Assembly (NCBI GenBank): GCA_026414975.1
Contig: JAOAHZ010000001.1
Coordinates: 326,086 to 390,085 of the forward strand
Source: Bacteroidia bacterium
GTDB lineage: Bacteria > Bacteroidota > Bacteroidia > SpSt-205
Direction: 5' to 3'
DNA length: 64,000 nt
Below, piece by piece: positions 37,698 to 48,419 of the stretch (positions are counted from its first letter, which is position 1; each line of letters opens with the position of its first letter). The notes under the pieces were generated by a model. It had not been told where the DNA came from. It ran no database searches and worked only from the letters and a program-made list of their open reading frames with translations. The translations under genes were made by a program, and so were the position numbers.

Positions 37698-39781
37698 AGA
37701 TTAGGGATATAAAATCGCTCTCCGTAACGATGGGCGAGATATTCCATGCGTTGGCGAAACCGCTCAAGCCCCGTCCATTCTACAAAGTGAAATACTCCCC
37801 CTGTGAATGGGGCAAAGCCCCAGCCTAAAATGGATCCCACGTCACCGTCGGCCTTTTCTAATAACACTCCTTCTTGGTAGGTGCGAAAGGCTTCAGCAAC
37901 TTGCACATAGAGAAAGCGATCTTTGAGGTCTTCGTATGCCTGAGGGTCCACCTGACGGGTCGGAAAGAAGGTGCTTAGCTCAGGCCAGAGGTACTTTTTG
38001 CCACCTTCAGGGTATTCATAAAATCCTTTGCCTGCTTTTCGTCCTGATCGTCCTAACTTCTCTACGAAAAGAGCTCCTATTTCGGACACGGGATCATCGG
38101 CCAAGCTCAGCCCCAAATCAGCTTCGGTCTGGCGCAGGATGCTATACATGAGGGAGATACTTACTTCGTCCGCCAAAGCTAAGGGACCGACGGGCATGCC
38201 AGCTTGTCGGCCGAGGTTCTCTATGAGAGCTGGGGGTATGCCCTCTTGGAGCATTCGCAGCCCCTCTCGGACATAGGTTCCAAATACACGAGAGGTGAAA
38301 AAACCACGGCTATCCCGTACGACAATAGGCACTTTCCCAATCTGCTTGGCAAAATCTAACGACCAGGCCAGCGTTTCTTCATTCGTAGCTTTTCCTAAGA
38401 TAATCTCCAAAAGGGGCATCCGTTCAGCAGGTGAGAAAAAGTGGAGTCCGATAAATCGCTCAGGCATGCCCGCCGCCTCGGCTAAACCTGTGATAGGAAG
38501 GGTAGACGTATTTGAAGCTAAAATCCCTTTTTCGCTTAGGTAGGGGCGAACTTCGTGGTAGACTTGGGTTTTGATGGGACGACTTTCAAATACCGCTTCT
38601 ATGACAAGGTCTGCACCACTTAGGTCTTCGTAACGCAAGGTATAGTGGAGGCGTTTTTGAATGGAATCGGCTTCGGCTGCTGAGAGGCGTCTGCGTCGGA
38701 CGGCTTTCTCGGTGAGATCTTGGGCGAAGCGTTGGGCATAGGAGAGGGCCTTCTCATCCGTATCCTTAACCCATGTTTCGTATCCAGCGCTTGCTGTTAC
38801 ATAGGCGATGGCTCGGCCCATCATGCCAGCGCCAAGGATAGCGACCTTTTGGAAGGGGGCGGGGGAAATAGACTTGGGGCGATGGGGTAAATGAAGAAGG
38901 CGCTGACGTTCAATAAAGAGCGTTTTCAGCATGGCCCGGGCTGTAGGGGTCATGAGGGTCTTGGCGAAGTATAGGCTCTCAATCTGCAGCCCTTGTAAAA
39001 AGGGCACCTGCAGCCCTTCGTAAATGGCACTTAGAGCATGCACTAAGCCCGGGTAGTGACCATAAGAGCGCTCTCGCAGGCGAGCAATAGCGGCTGCAAA
39101 GATGTTTCGTCCCATCTCGCTCTGAACTCTCGGACCTGAGAGCTGAAAATCAGGCTGATGCCACGGATTAGAAGCTCGGGGATGGGCCTGTAGCCACGCT
39201 AAAGCGCGCTCCATTAGAGCGTCTTGACTTGGAACGACCTCTTCTATGAGATTACTTTGCAGGGCTTCCTGAGGACGGAGACGCCGACCTTCTAATACGA
39301 GCTCTAAACTCCCCATAAGACCTATCTTACGGGGTAGACGCTGCGTCCCCCCTCCCCCCGGCATAAGTCCAATACTGGTCTCTGGTAATCCGATCTCTAT
39401 GCGAGGGTCATCTACGGCAATCCGATGGTGGCATGCCAAAGCTAACTCATAGCCACCCCCCAGAGCAGCTCCATTTATAGCAGCTACTACTGGCTTGCCC
39501 CCTGTCTCCAAGCGTAAAAATACCGACTGGATTTGCCAGCTTGCCTCAAAGATACTCTGGCTGTTCTCAGTCTCCATGAGCCGCTGGATAGTCTCTATAT
39601 CGGCTCCTGCAATAAACTCTTTGTTTTGGGAGCCGATGACAAGGCCTTTGACCGCAGAGTCGGTTAGAGCGCTTTCCAAAGCCTCAGCAAACGCTCGTAC
39701 GCTATCCGCACTAAGGACATTCACTCGGGGCATGCCCCATAGCAGCAGCGCATAAGCTCCGTCACGCAGGGTCTCTATCAC
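37694..39781 (-). CDS. Fatty acid oxidation multifunctional enzyme (enoyl-CoA hydratase/3-hydroxyacyl-CoA dehydrogenase; FadB/FadJ)
   Basis: FIAGADI, ALGGGYELALAC, GAGMMG, ASNTSTLPI, GLHFFSP. Confidence 0.95.
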   Translation of the reverse strand: MIETLRDGAYALLLWGMPRVNVLSADSVRAFAEALESALTDSAVKGLVIGSQNKEFIAGADIETIQRLMETENSQSIFEASWQIQSVFLRLETGGKPVVAAINGAALGGGYELALACHHRIAVDDPRIEIGLPETSIGLMPGGGGTQRLPRKIGLMGSLELVLEGRRLRPQEALQSNLIEEVVPSQDALMERALAWLQAHPRASNPWHQPDFQLSGPRVQSEMGRNIFAAAIARLRERSYGHYPGLVHALSAIYEGLQVPFLQGLQIESLYFAKTLMTPTARAMLKTLFIERQRLLHLPHRPKSISPAPFQKVAILGAGMMGRAIAYVTASAGYETWVKDTDEKALSYAQRFAQDLTEKAVRRRRLSAAEADSIQKRLHYTLRYEDLSGADLVIEAVFESRPIKTQVYHEVRPYLSEKGILASNTSTLPITGLAEAAGMPERFIGLHFFSPAERMPLLEIILGKATNEETLAWSLDFAKQIGKVPIVVRDSRGFFTSRVFGTYVREGLRMLQEGIPPALIENLGRQAGMPVGPLALADEVSISLMYSILRQTEADLGLSLADDPVSEIGALFVEKLGRSGRKAGKGFYEYPEGGKKYLWPELSTFFPTRQVDPQAYEDLKDRFLYVQVAEAFRTYQEGVLLEKADGDVGSILGWGFAPFTGGVFHFVEWTGLERFRQRMEYLAHRYGERFYIPNL

Positions 39782-39786
39782 AGAAG

Positions 39787-39794
39787 CAAATATA
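39787..39794 (-). promoter_or_regulatory. -7 element TATATTTG
   Basis: Exact TAnnTTTG, 5 nt before GTG 39781. Confidence 0.65.
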
Positions 39795-39882
39795 CATCAC
39801 ATCCCTAAGGAGCGTCTGGATGCTCCGTTTGTAGGCAACCTCTCTGCAAGTCAGAATTTTTTGATATATCTTTGCCCCGTAC

Positions 39883-40755
39883 TTGAAACTGGCTTGGGTA
39901 ATGCGAAGGTTTTTACATCGCTTTGAATGGGATGAGCAGACTTTGACTTTTAGGCGAATACCCTGGTCCCCTTGGCAAACTCTCAAGGCTATCCCAAGGT
40001 CTCTCTTCTGGGGCATGCTTGTCGGCGGTGGGCTTATACCTTTTACCTATTCGTACTGGGAGAGCTACTTTATTGAGTCGGTACAAACCGAAGTTCAGGC
40101 ATTGCATCACGAAAAGAGACGCCTTGTAGCCAGCATTCAGAGTATAGAAGCGCACCGAGCGGTCCTGTACGAACGGGTTCAAAAGTTTTACCGTCCGCTT
40201 CTGGGGCTGCCGCCACTTCCCGCTTCTGAATGGGATGGTGGGATGGGTGGGGCGCCCTCTACACCCGAAGAACTCTCTCTCTATCGCGGGCATCGCCTTA
40301 TTAGCGAGTACTTGTCTCTGCAGAAGCAGCTGGCCGAAGTGAATGGTCGATTAGAACGGATGCCTTGCCTGATGCCCCTGCAAGGGCGCATTCTTAGCGG
40401 CTTCGGCTACCGAACTGATCCCTTCACAGGGGCGTGGCAGATGCATACTGGGCTGGATATAGATGCCCCTTATGGAGCTCCAGTGCGGGCAGCCGCCGCA
40501 GGTAAGGTCATCTTTGCTGGCTGGGATTATGGCGGGGGGTATGGCATTCAAGTAGAAATAGATCACTTGAATGGATTAGTAACTAAGTACGCTCACCTGT
40601 CTCGCCTAGCCGTGAAAGAGGGTGATACAGTCATGCGTGGCCAAACGATTGGCTATGTAGGTTCCACGGGCTATTCTACTGGGGCTCATCTTCACTATGA
40701 GGTGATAGAGCGCGGTGTGAAGGTGAATCCCCAGAAGTACTTACTTTTACCTTGA
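39883..40755 (+). CDS. M23 family metallopeptidase
   Basis: HTGLD, YAHL, HLHYE; TM plus coiled coil. Start TTG 39883 or ATG 39901. Confidence 0.93.
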   Translation: MKLAWVMRRFLHRFEWDEQTLTFRRIPWSPWQTLKAIPRSLFWGMLVGGGLIPFTYSYWESYFIESVQTEVQALHHEKRRLVASIQSIEAHRAVLYERVQKFYRPLLGLPPLPASEWDGGMGGAPSTPEELSLYRGHRLISEYLSLQKQLAEVNGRLERMPCLMPLQGRILSGFGYRTDPFTGAWQMHTGLDIDAPYGAPVRAAAAGKVIFAGWDYGGGYGIQVEIDHLNGLVTKYAHLSRLAVKEGDTVMRGQTIGYVGSTGYSTGAHLHYEVIERGVKVNPQKYLLLP

Positions 40756-40756
40756 T

Positions 40757-41170
40757 ATGTACCTAAGGCTCATTGCGGCTGGCAGGCTTGCCCGAGATGC
40801 AGAGTTACGCTCTCTTAGCAGCGGACAGGTGATTCGTTTCTCTATCCCCCACAGCTTGACGCTTTCCTCGGGCGAGGAGAAGACTCAGTGGATAGAATGC
40901 TCTTACTGGAGAAACCCCGGCGATAGCATAGAGGTGCTCAAACATCTTAGGAAGGGGGCCGTGGTCTTAGTAGAAGGTGTGCCAAGTGCGAGGTTTTATA
41001 CCCGGCAAGATAATACACCTGGAGTTAGCTTAGAATGTCGGGTCACTAACTTGCGCATTTTGGTGTATGCTCCCTCAGAAGCGCTACAGCCCCCTGGAGC
41101 CAGCATGCAAGCTGACCCTGTGGAACCTGTGCCTCCAGAGCTGCCCGATGAAAGCGACCTGCCCTTCTGA
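40757..41170 (+). CDS. ssb: Single-stranded DNA-binding protein
   Basis: GRLARDAELR, LRKGAVVLVEG, C-terminal DLPF. Confidence 0.9.
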   Translation: MYLRLIAAGRLARDAELRSLSSGQVIRFSIPHSLTLSSGEEKTQWIECSYWRNPGDSIEVLKHLRKGAVVLVEGVPSARFYTRQDNTPGVSLECRVTNLRILVYAPSEALQPPGASMQADPVEPVPPELPDESDLPF

Positions 41171-42510
41171 AGCGTAGCTTACCAGAGTCTATAGCACCTC
41201 GGCTGTCTAAATACGTTGTTCCTCCGGCCCGCGTGCTCGTAGCTTTCAGCGGTGGGCCCGATTCGGTAGGACTGGCTTTAGCCCTCAGAGACCTCGGGTA
41301 TGAACCCTACTTAGCCTATGTAAATCACAACCTGAGGGGGGCTTTTTCTCTTCAAGAGGCTCAGTGGGTGCGAGAGTTTGCTCAGCAGTGGGCTTTCCCT
41401 CTCCAAGTCTTGGAGCTCTCGCCTGATCGCCTTAGAGGGGAACGCGGTATTCAAGCTGCTGCTCGGCAAGCTCGGTATGCGTGGATGGAGCAACTTCTAA
41501 ATGAGAGGGCTATAGCGTGGGGGGCTACAGCCCACACATGGGAAGATCAAATGGAGACATTTCTCTATCGCTTTGTGAGGGGGGGAATAGAGTGGGATTG
41601 GAGAGGTATTCCTTATCGGCGGGGAAGGTGGTTGCGCCCGTTGCTTTATACCACACGTCAAGAGATCATTCTCTACTTACAAGCTCAGGGAGCAGCCTAC
41701 TTCTTGGACCATACTAACTACATGCCGAAATACCTTCGCAATCAAGTGCGCTGGTGCGCGCTTCCTCCTCTCTATCGGCTCAACCCTGATCTGCGCACAT
41801 CATGGCTGTATCGATGGCGCCTGGCTCAGGCCCAAAGGAGGCATCTTTTACGATTATATGCTCAGTGGGAGGCCCAGGCCTTTCTTTCAAGGCCTTATGG
41901 CGAAATCTTGGTTAGGTCCTTGCCTATAGATGCTTTCTATCATATCCTAAGGCGACGATGGACTCTCACCAGTGAATCCTTGAAGCGGTTATGGCGACTA
42001 TGGCACTCTAATCGGAGCGGTGCTTTGTATGAGAGCAATGCCACGATATATGTACGCACGCCTCAGGGAATTGAAAGAGGGGAAAAGAGTTTGTGGAAAC
42101 CAGCTTGGGAGCCTTTAGAGCTATCTGCAGAGCCTGGCCAGTGGACATGGGGCCTTTGGCATATAGAGACCGGTACAGGGGAGGGGCCACCCGATTCTAT
42201 CATGTGGGATAAAGTCAAACTGAATTTTCCTCTGCGAGTCCGCTTATGGCAAGTAGGAGACCGCTTAGCCCCGGCTGGGCTAAAAGGCTATACCAAAAAA
42301 CTCAGCGATATCTGGCAAGAGGTAGGGTTGTATGGTTTTGAGCGCCGGCATGCCTTTGTTATAGAGGATAGCCGAGGTAATCTCATCGGAGCAGTAGGAT
42401 ATCGCCCTTCGTACGATACCATCCCCACGGCTTCCACTGCAGAAACTTTTTACCTTCGGGCGAGATATGGCGGCGCTCTCTCGGCTTTCTCCCCTACTTC
42501 GCAGCCCTGA
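41167..42510 (+). CDS. tilS: tRNA(Ile)-lysidine synthase
   Basis: VAFSGGPDS, NHNLR, ARQARY, TAH..DQMET, RPLL, RNQVR. Start CTG 41167 (proposed) or GTG 41233. Confidence 0.92.
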   Translation: MKRSLPESIAPRLSKYVVPPARVLVAFSGGPDSVGLALALRDLGYEPYLAYVNHNLRGAFSLQEAQWVREFAQQWAFPLQVLELSPDRLRGERGIQAAARQARYAWMEQLLNERAIAWGATAHTWEDQMETFLYRFVRGGIEWDWRGIPYRRGRWLRPLLYTTRQEIILYLQAQGAAYFLDHTNYMPKYLRNQVRWCALPPLYRLNPDLRTSWLYRWRLAQAQRRHLLRLYAQWEAQAFLSRPYGEILVRSLPIDAFYHILRRRWTLTSESLKRLWRLWHSNRSGALYESNATIYVRTPQGIERGEKSLWKPAWEPLELSAEPGQWTWGLWHIETGTGEGPPDSIMWDKVKLNFPLRVRLWQVGDRLAPAGLKGYTKKLSDIWQEVGLYGFERRHAFVIEDSRGNLIGAVGYRPSYDTIPTASTAETFYLRARYGGALSAFSPTSQP

Positions 42511-44542
42511 TTTGACTCGAGCGGAACTTTTCTTCAATCGGGAGCTGAGCTGGTTAGAGTTCAATGCTAGGGTATTGGAGGAGACGCTGCATGCTGTCCA
42601 TCCGCTTCTGAGCCGCACTCGCTTTTTGTCCATTTTTTACAGCAATCTGGATGAGTTCTTCATGATACGCGTAGCAGGTATCAAAGAGCAAATCCGGGCT
42701 GGGGTCCGTCAGCGAGGTCCGGATGGGCTGACCCCTAAACAGACGCTACAACGAATCCGCGAGCGGGTGCGCCAGCTTTTAGCTCGGGCAGAGGAGATAT
42801 TCTACGATGAAATCCTACCTGCCTTAGAGGCGGCAGGCATTTACATTTATCAGGGACGGCGCCTCCCTCGTTTGCCCCGCGAAGCCCTAGAACGATATTT
42901 TCAAGAGCAGGTATTTCCTTTGCTCACGCCCTTAGCCATAGACTCGGCCCATCCTGTGCCGCCTCTGAGGGGATTGGAACTGATTCTTTGGGTGGAGCTG
43001 CGCGATGGCTCGGCCTTGGTGCCTATACCGCAGGTACTTCCCCGTTTTGTCCCCTTCCATAGCGCTCAGCGATATGGTTTTTTGCCTATTGAGCGTTTAG
43101 TAGGGCTTTTTTTGGAGGAGCTTTTTCCTGGGCGAAAAGTGAAAGAGTATTACACCTTCCGCTTGACTCGGGATGCGGACATAGAGATATCTGAAGTAGA
43201 AGCTGATGACCTCCTTGAGCTGGTAGAGAAGGAGCTTCGGCGTCGTCGCTTAGGGGAGGTGGTGCGCTTAGAAGTGAGCGCCGACATGCCCGCTGAGCCC
43301 GTGAGGTTGCTCATGGAAGAACTGGGCTTTGAACCCGAGGACGTTTATGAGGTACGAGGTTTGTTGGGGTTGGAACGGCTGTGGGACATTCTGAATGAAG
43401 TGGATGAGCCGGGTCTACTGGATAGGCCGTTTGTTCCCGCTCTACCCCCTCCGCTGCAGGGCAAGACTAACATATTTGAGGCCGTAGCTCAGGGAGATAT
43501 CCTCCTGCATCATCCTTACGATAGCTTTCTACCTGTGGTGGAGTTTATTCGGCAGGCTGCTCGCGACCCCCAGGTTTTGGCTATCAAGCAAACGCTCTAC
43601 CGAACTACGGGAGAAAAGTCGCTTATTGTTCAAGCCCTCCGAGAGGCGGTAGATCGGGGCAAGCAGGTAACGGTTCTCATAGAACTCAAAGCTCGTTTTG
43701 ATGAGGAATCTAATATCTATTGGGCGAAAGAACTAGAGAAAGCTGGAGCAAATGTCGTTTACGGCATGTTAGGGCTCAAAATCCACTGCAAGGCAGCCTT
43801 AGTTATTCGGCGAGAGGGCAACATCCTTCGGCGATACGCCCACCTCAGCACAGGCAACTACAACGAGAGAACGGCTATGATGTATACCGACATCGGTCTC
43901 TTGACAGCCGATGCAGAAATAACCCGAGACATCGCTGAGCTCTTCAACTATCTCACAGGCAACTCAGGTCAAAAAGAATGGCGTCGTTTAGCAGTGGCCC
44001 CGGAGAACCTTCGGGAGACTTTCCTCAACGAGATTGAACGATGCATGGTGGAGCATTCCCCTGAGCAGCCAAGCCGCATCATTCTGGTTATGAACTCGCT
44101 GGTAGATTCCGAAATGATACGCGCTCTCTATGCGGCCTCCTTGGCAGGGGTTAGGTCAGACTTAGTTATCCGAGGCATCTGTTGTCTCGTTCCAGAAACA
44201 GCTATAAGTGCCTCAATACGTGTTCATAGTATCATAGGGCGCTTTTTAGAACACAGCCGACTTTACATCTTTCAGAGTGGGGGACAGACGCGCGTCTACT
44301 CTGGAAGTGCCGATTGGATGCCAAGAAACTTGGATCGGCGAGTAGAGGTGGTCTATCCTCTCACAGGTCATCTTGCAGACCAGGCGATGGAGATAGCTGA
44401 GACCCTGTTAAACGATACCACCCATACATGGGTCTTGCAGCCTGATGGACGATATAAGCGTCGCTCCCTTCTCCAACCTGATTTACCATCTTTTTCGGCT
44501 CATATGGAGTTTTTGCGGCGCCGCAATCTCTTAAGAGGATAG
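42467..44542 (+). CDS. ppk1: Polyphosphate kinase 1
   Basis: NRELSWLEFN, NLDEFFMIRVAG, LHHPYDSF, ELKARFDEE, GRFLEHSR, SADWMPRNLDRRVE. Confidence 0.97.
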   Translation: MAALSRLSPLLRSPDLTRAELFFNRELSWLEFNARVLEETLHAVHPLLSRTRFLSIFYSNLDEFFMIRVAGIKEQIRAGVRQRGPDGLTPKQTLQRIRERVRQLLARAEEIFYDEILPALEAAGIYIYQGRRLPRLPREALERYFQEQVFPLLTPLAIDSAHPVPPLRGLELILWVELRDGSALVPIPQVLPRFVPFHSAQRYGFLPIERLVGLFLEELFPGRKVKEYYTFRLTRDADIEISEVEADDLLELVEKELRRRRLGEVVRLEVSADMPAEPVRLLMEELGFEPEDVYEVRGLLGLERLWDILNEVDEPGLLDRPFVPALPPPLQGKTNIFEAVAQGDILLHHPYDSFLPVVEFIRQAARDPQVLAIKQTLYRTTGEKSLIVQALREAVDRGKQVTVLIELKARFDEESNIYWAKELEKAGANVVYGMLGLKIHCKAALVIRREGNILRRYAHLSTGNYNERTAMMYTDIGLLTADAEITRDIAELFNYLTGNSGQKEWRRLAVAPENLRETFLNEIERCMVEHSPEQPSRIILVMNSLVDSEMIRALYAASLAGVRSDLVIRGICCLVPETAISASIRVHSIIGRFLEHSRLYIFQSGGQTRVYSGSADWMPRNLDRRVEVVYPLTGHLADQAMEIAETLLNDTTHTWVLQPDGRYKRRSLLQPDLPSFSAHMEFLRRRNLLRG

Positions 44543-44546
44543 CTTT

Positions 44547-45143
44547 ATGGTCTACCCTGTCGTGGAGCACTTTTACACGCTCCAGGGAGAGGGGTATTGG
44601 GCGGGCAAACCGGCCTATTTCATACGGTTAGGGGGCTGCGATGTAGGTTGTACCTGGTGCGATACGCAGTACAGCTGGAGAAAAGAAGGATGGCCCAAAG
44701 TAACCCCCGAAGAGATTCTGGGGTGGGTGCGAAATACGGCGGCCGTCCACGTCGTCATTACAGGGGGAGAACCTACACTCCACTGTTTGGATGCGCTTAT
44801 TGCTGCCTTTCGGAGTGAAGGGTATTTCACCCAGTTGGAGACTTCTGGAGCTTACCCGCCCCCGACGGTCTTGCCGGATTGGATTACCCTGTCTCCCAAG
44901 CGGTTCAAGCTCCCTCATTCCGCTTGGTACGCTCACGCCAGAGAGCTCAAAGTTGTGATCCATGCCCGAAGCGACTTGGATTGGGCAGAGGCGCAAATGA
45001 GGCTGTGTAGAAACGATGTTCATGCGTTTCTACAGCCTGAGTTTTATCGGCCGGAGGCGCTGGGGTGGATTTTAGAGTACATAAAGCTCAATCCGCATTG
45101 GAGACTTAGCCTTCAGTGGCATAGGTATTTAGGGATACCGTAA
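44547..45143 (+). CDS. queE: 7-carboxy-7-deazaguanine synthase
   Basis: FYTLQGEG, CDVGCTWCDT, TGGEP, LSPK, LQPE. Confidence 0.95.
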   Translation: MVYPVVEHFYTLQGEGYWAGKPAYFIRLGGCDVGCTWCDTQYSWRKEGWPKVTPEEILGWVRNTAAVHVVITGGEPTLHCLDALIAAFRSEGYFTQLETSGAYPPPTVLPDWITLSPKRFKLPHSAWYAHARELKVVIHARSDLDWAEAQMRLCRNDVHAFLQPEFYRPEALGWILEYIKLNPHWRLSLQWHRYLGIP

Positions 45144-45285
45144 GGTTTGTCATACACCATGGCTACTGGTTGGCTCGGAAAGGATCAGATAAACGGTGCT
45201 GACCGGGATGCAAGTCCATTTTTCTTGCAGGCAGGGTGATAGGGGTACGATTTAGCGCTTGGTTGGATGTGTAGTTTTGCCTGAT

Positions 45286-47271
45286 ATGAGAGTAAATAGG
45301 TGGGGACAGGAAAGCCTATGTAAGATGACTTGCCTTCTGGCTGTAGCAACAGCCGTAGTCGGCTATAAGGCAGGAGCGCAGCCCCCACCACCCAAGGGAG
45401 TCTCTAAACGCGCTTACGACCTTTACTTGCAGGCGGTAAGATTAGCTCAGGCCCGACAAGAAGAGCGAGCCCTTCTTGTTTTGGAGGAGGTGCTCAAGGC
45501 GGAGCCAGCCTACGAGGAGGCCCTCTTGCTCCAAGGTAAGCTTCAAGTCAGCCGGCAAGCCTACAGAGAAGCGAAGGAAACAGGACGCCGCCTCTTATCC
45601 CTGCGTAATGCCTCGGCCAAAGGTACCGCTTGGGCTTTGTACTTCATGGGCAAAGGATACATGTCGGAAATGGCCTACGACTCGGCCGAAGCGGTATGGC
45701 GACGATTCGTTTTGGCTGCGGTCGGGCATCTTCCCCGTTCCCTTCAGGACGAAGGGGCTATCCTCCTAAGTCAAAGTCAAAGCGCCGCTGAGCTAGTGAA
45801 GCGACCCATTCCCTTTCATCCTCGGAACTTAGGTGCAGCGGTAAATAGCCCCGCCGAAGAATACCTCCCTAGTCTAACCGCCGATGGCCGAAGGTTGTAC
45901 TTCACTTCACGACGACGGAAACCCGATCAGCCTGTCAATCCTCTGACAGGACCTGATGAAGACTTGTACTGGAGCGAAAGAGACCCTGAAACAGGGGCTT
46001 GGCTTCCGGCTCAGCGAATGCCTACCCCGATTAGCTCTCATAAAAACGAAGGAGCGGCCTTCTTTTCATCGGATGGGCAGTGGGCGTTTATCACCTTATG
46101 TGACCGCGCTGAGGGGCTGGGGTCTTGCGACCTCTATTTTTCAGAGTTGAAGGGGCTTATGTGGTCGGAGCCCCGCAACCTGGGACCTGAAGTCAATAGC
46201 CCCCATTGGGACTCGCACCCTTCCTTGACGCATGATAGAAAGAGGTTATACTTTGCCTCGGGTCGTCCCGGCGGCATGGGGGGGGTTGACATTTGGTACT
46301 CTGAGTGGAAGGAGGGGCGCTGGCAAAAGCCCATCAATCTCGGCCCGCCTATCAACACGCCAGGAGACGAATACAGTCCAATGATAGCCGCCGACGGACG
46401 AACCCTCTATTTTGCTTCTAACTATCATCCAGGCATGGGGGGGCAGGATATTTTTGTATCCTACCTCACCGATACTGGATGGACCCAGCCCAAGAATCTG
46501 GGCTATCCGCTCAATACCCCTGCCGATGAGCAAACGCTTTGCTTAGACGCTCGCGGGCACCTAGCGTATATCGCCTTGGTGCGTCCAGAAGGCTTTGGGA
46601 AAGAGGATATTTATGAGTTTGAGTTATGGGAGGGGGTAAGACCGCAGCTTGGCGCTACATACGTGCGGGGGCGGGTAGTGGATGCTGCTACCCAGCGACC
46701 TGTTGCTGCCCAAGTCGCCGTCATAGATTTAGAGCGTCGCGATACCATCCGAGCCCTTCGCTGCAACGAAGCAACCGGTGAATTCTTGCTTTCTTTACCT
46801 CTTGGACGGCGCTACGGACTCTTCGCTGAAGCTAAAGGCTATCTGTACTACAGCGGGCACTTTGACTTAGTTCGCAGTGACTCAGCCTATGAGCTTCTTG
46901 TGCCTTTAGAGCGGCTCCAGCAAGGGGCTCGGCTCACTCTGCGAAATGTATTCTTTGACTTTGATAAGGCTGAGCTGAAACCCGAATCTGAAGCTGAACT
47001 ATTGGAAGTGGTACGCTTGCTCCGAATGAACCCTCAGTGGAGGGTGGAGATTGAAGGGCATACAGACAGCATAGGCTCAGCTGGCTACAATCAAGCGCTC
47101 TCCCAGCGCCGAGCTGAGGCTGTTCGGGCTTATTTGATACAGCAGGGCATCTCTCCTGAGCGGCTTACCGCTCGCGGCTATGGCTCCTCTAAGCCGATAG
47201 CCGATAATCGTACCGAGGCGGGACGCGCCCTCAATCGCCGAACCGAGTTGCTCTTCGTTCAGGGAAAATGA
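45286..47271 (+). CDS. TPR + PD40 repeats + OmpA family protein (PorE-like architecture)
   Basis: NLGAAVNS/NLGPEVNS/NLGPPINT/NLGYPLNT repeats, EGHTD..NQALSQRRA, NRRTE; TAGTTTTG 6 nt before ATG 45286. Confidence 0.92.
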   Translation: MRVNRWGQESLCKMTCLLAVATAVVGYKAGAQPPPPKGVSKRAYDLYLQAVRLAQARQEERALLVLEEVLKAEPAYEEALLLQGKLQVSRQAYREAKETGRRLLSLRNASAKGTAWALYFMGKGYMSEMAYDSAEAVWRRFVLAAVGHLPRSLQDEGAILLSQSQSAAELVKRPIPFHPRNLGAAVNSPAEEYLPSLTADGRRLYFTSRRRKPDQPVNPLTGPDEDLYWSERDPETGAWLPAQRMPTPISSHKNEGAAFFSSDGQWAFITLCDRAEGLGSCDLYFSELKGLMWSEPRNLGPEVNSPHWDSHPSLTHDRKRLYFASGRPGGMGGVDIWYSEWKEGRWQKPINLGPPINTPGDEYSPMIAADGRTLYFASNYHPGMGGQDIFVSYLTDTGWTQPKNLGYPLNTPADEQTLCLDARGHLAYIALVRPEGFGKEDIYEFELWEGVRPQLGATYVRGRVVDAATQRPVAAQVAVIDLERRDTIRALRCNEATGEFLLSLPLGRRYGLFAEAKGYLYYSGHFDLVRSDSAYELLVPLERLQQGARLTLRNVFFDFDKAELKPESEAELLEVVRLLRMNPQWRVEIEGHTDSIGSAGYNQALSQRRAEAVRAYLIQQGISPERLTARGYGSSKPIADNRTEAGRALNRRTELLFVQGK

Positions 47272-48419
47272 GCTCTGCAAAAGGGATCCTCTTAACAGGT
47301 CCTGGAACCTACACCCATCTCCTCACTAATGCCCTCTCAGAAGGTAATCGTCTGCAGGCTGTCATAAAATACTACCCAGAATGGGAACTGGTGTCCTCTA
47401 ATGGGAGGTCAGTAAGAATCCCTCTCTATAAGTACAGCGTATGGGCCCTGTGGGCTGCATGGCGGCGCCTTCCCTATTGGGGGCAGTTTGAGCATCCGCG
47501 CACATGGCACTTTGCTCTATACGACTACCTTGCCAGACTTCATTTTCCCCCTGAAGCCCAGTTTCTCTGGGCTTGGAGCGGTACGAGTCTCTTCACGATG
47601 CGTCATGCTAAAAGGTTAGGCCTACCTGTATTTTTAGAGTTTCCTGCAGCCCATCCTCGTTTTTGGGCTGAGCTCGCTACAAAGACATATCGCTCTCTCC
47701 CCCTTTCGAAGGGTCGCTTTGGGATTCTCCCAGAAAGTCTCATTCGGCGTCAAGAAGCCGAAATCAAATCAGCCGATAAAGTGGTGGTGCTCTCTTCATT
47801 TGCAAAGCGCACTCTGATAGAAAAAGGTGTGCCCTCTGAAAAGATCGCTATCATCCCCTTAGGGGTGGAAGCGAATGTATTCACGCCAGCCTCACGACTC
47901 CTCAGGTCGCCATTTCGTGTAGTGTATGTCGGGCGTATAGACCCTCTCAAAGGCGTCCATGTGCTTCTGAAAGCATGGGAACGCTTGAACCTCCCTCAAG
48001 CGGAACTGTGGATTGTAGGTCATGTCGTGCCTGAGATGCAAAGGGTATTAGCCCAGTATGAGGGGAGGTTTAGGCTAATACAGGCTTTGTCTCGAGAGAA
48101 ACTCCCAGACCTCTATCGCCAAGCCACAGTTTTGGTCTTTCCTACCCTGATGGATGCTTTTGGATTGGTATTATTAGAAGCCATGGCATCAGGTCTGCCT
48201 GTGATTGCCACGCAAAATAGCGCCGCTCCAGACGTATTGGAAGAGGGGATTATCCCCGCTGATGATGGAGAAGCTCTACAGGCCGCTCTCTTAGACTTCT
48301 ACAAGCGGCGGGACTTAGAGGACATAGGCAGGGCGAATCGGGAGCGGGTAGAGCGGGGTTATACCGCTGCGCACTATTACCAGCGGGTTAATCGTCTTTT
48401 AGAGGAGCATGGCTTGTAA
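47268..48419 (+). CDS. Glycosyltransferase family 4
   Basis: YVGRIDPLKG, DAFGLVLLEAMASGLPVI. Confidence 0.92.
   Translation: MSSAKGILLTGPGTYTHLLTNALSEGNRLQAVIKYYPEWELVSSNGRSVRIPLYKYSVWALWAAWRRLPYWGQFEHPRTWHFALYDYLARLHFPPEAQFLWAWSGTSLFTMRHAKRLGLPVFLEFPAAHPRFWAELATKTYRSLPLSKGRFGILPESLIRRQEAEIKSADKVVVLSSFAKRTLIEKGVPSEKIAIIPLGVEANVFTPASRLLRSPFRVVYVGRIDPLKGVHVLLKAWERLNLPQAELWIVGHVVPEMQRVLAQYEGRFRLIQALSREKLPDLYRQATVLVFPTLMDAFGLVLLEAMASGLPVIATQNSAAPDVLEEGIIPADDGEALQAALLDFYKRRDLEDIGRANRERVERGYTAAHYYQRVNRLLEEHGL

Noticed and set aside
45800-46530. Recurrent similar DNA segments suggesting a repeat array or CRISPR
   Set aside because: They encode PD40 protein repeats; no identical spaced repeats or cas genes occur in the window.
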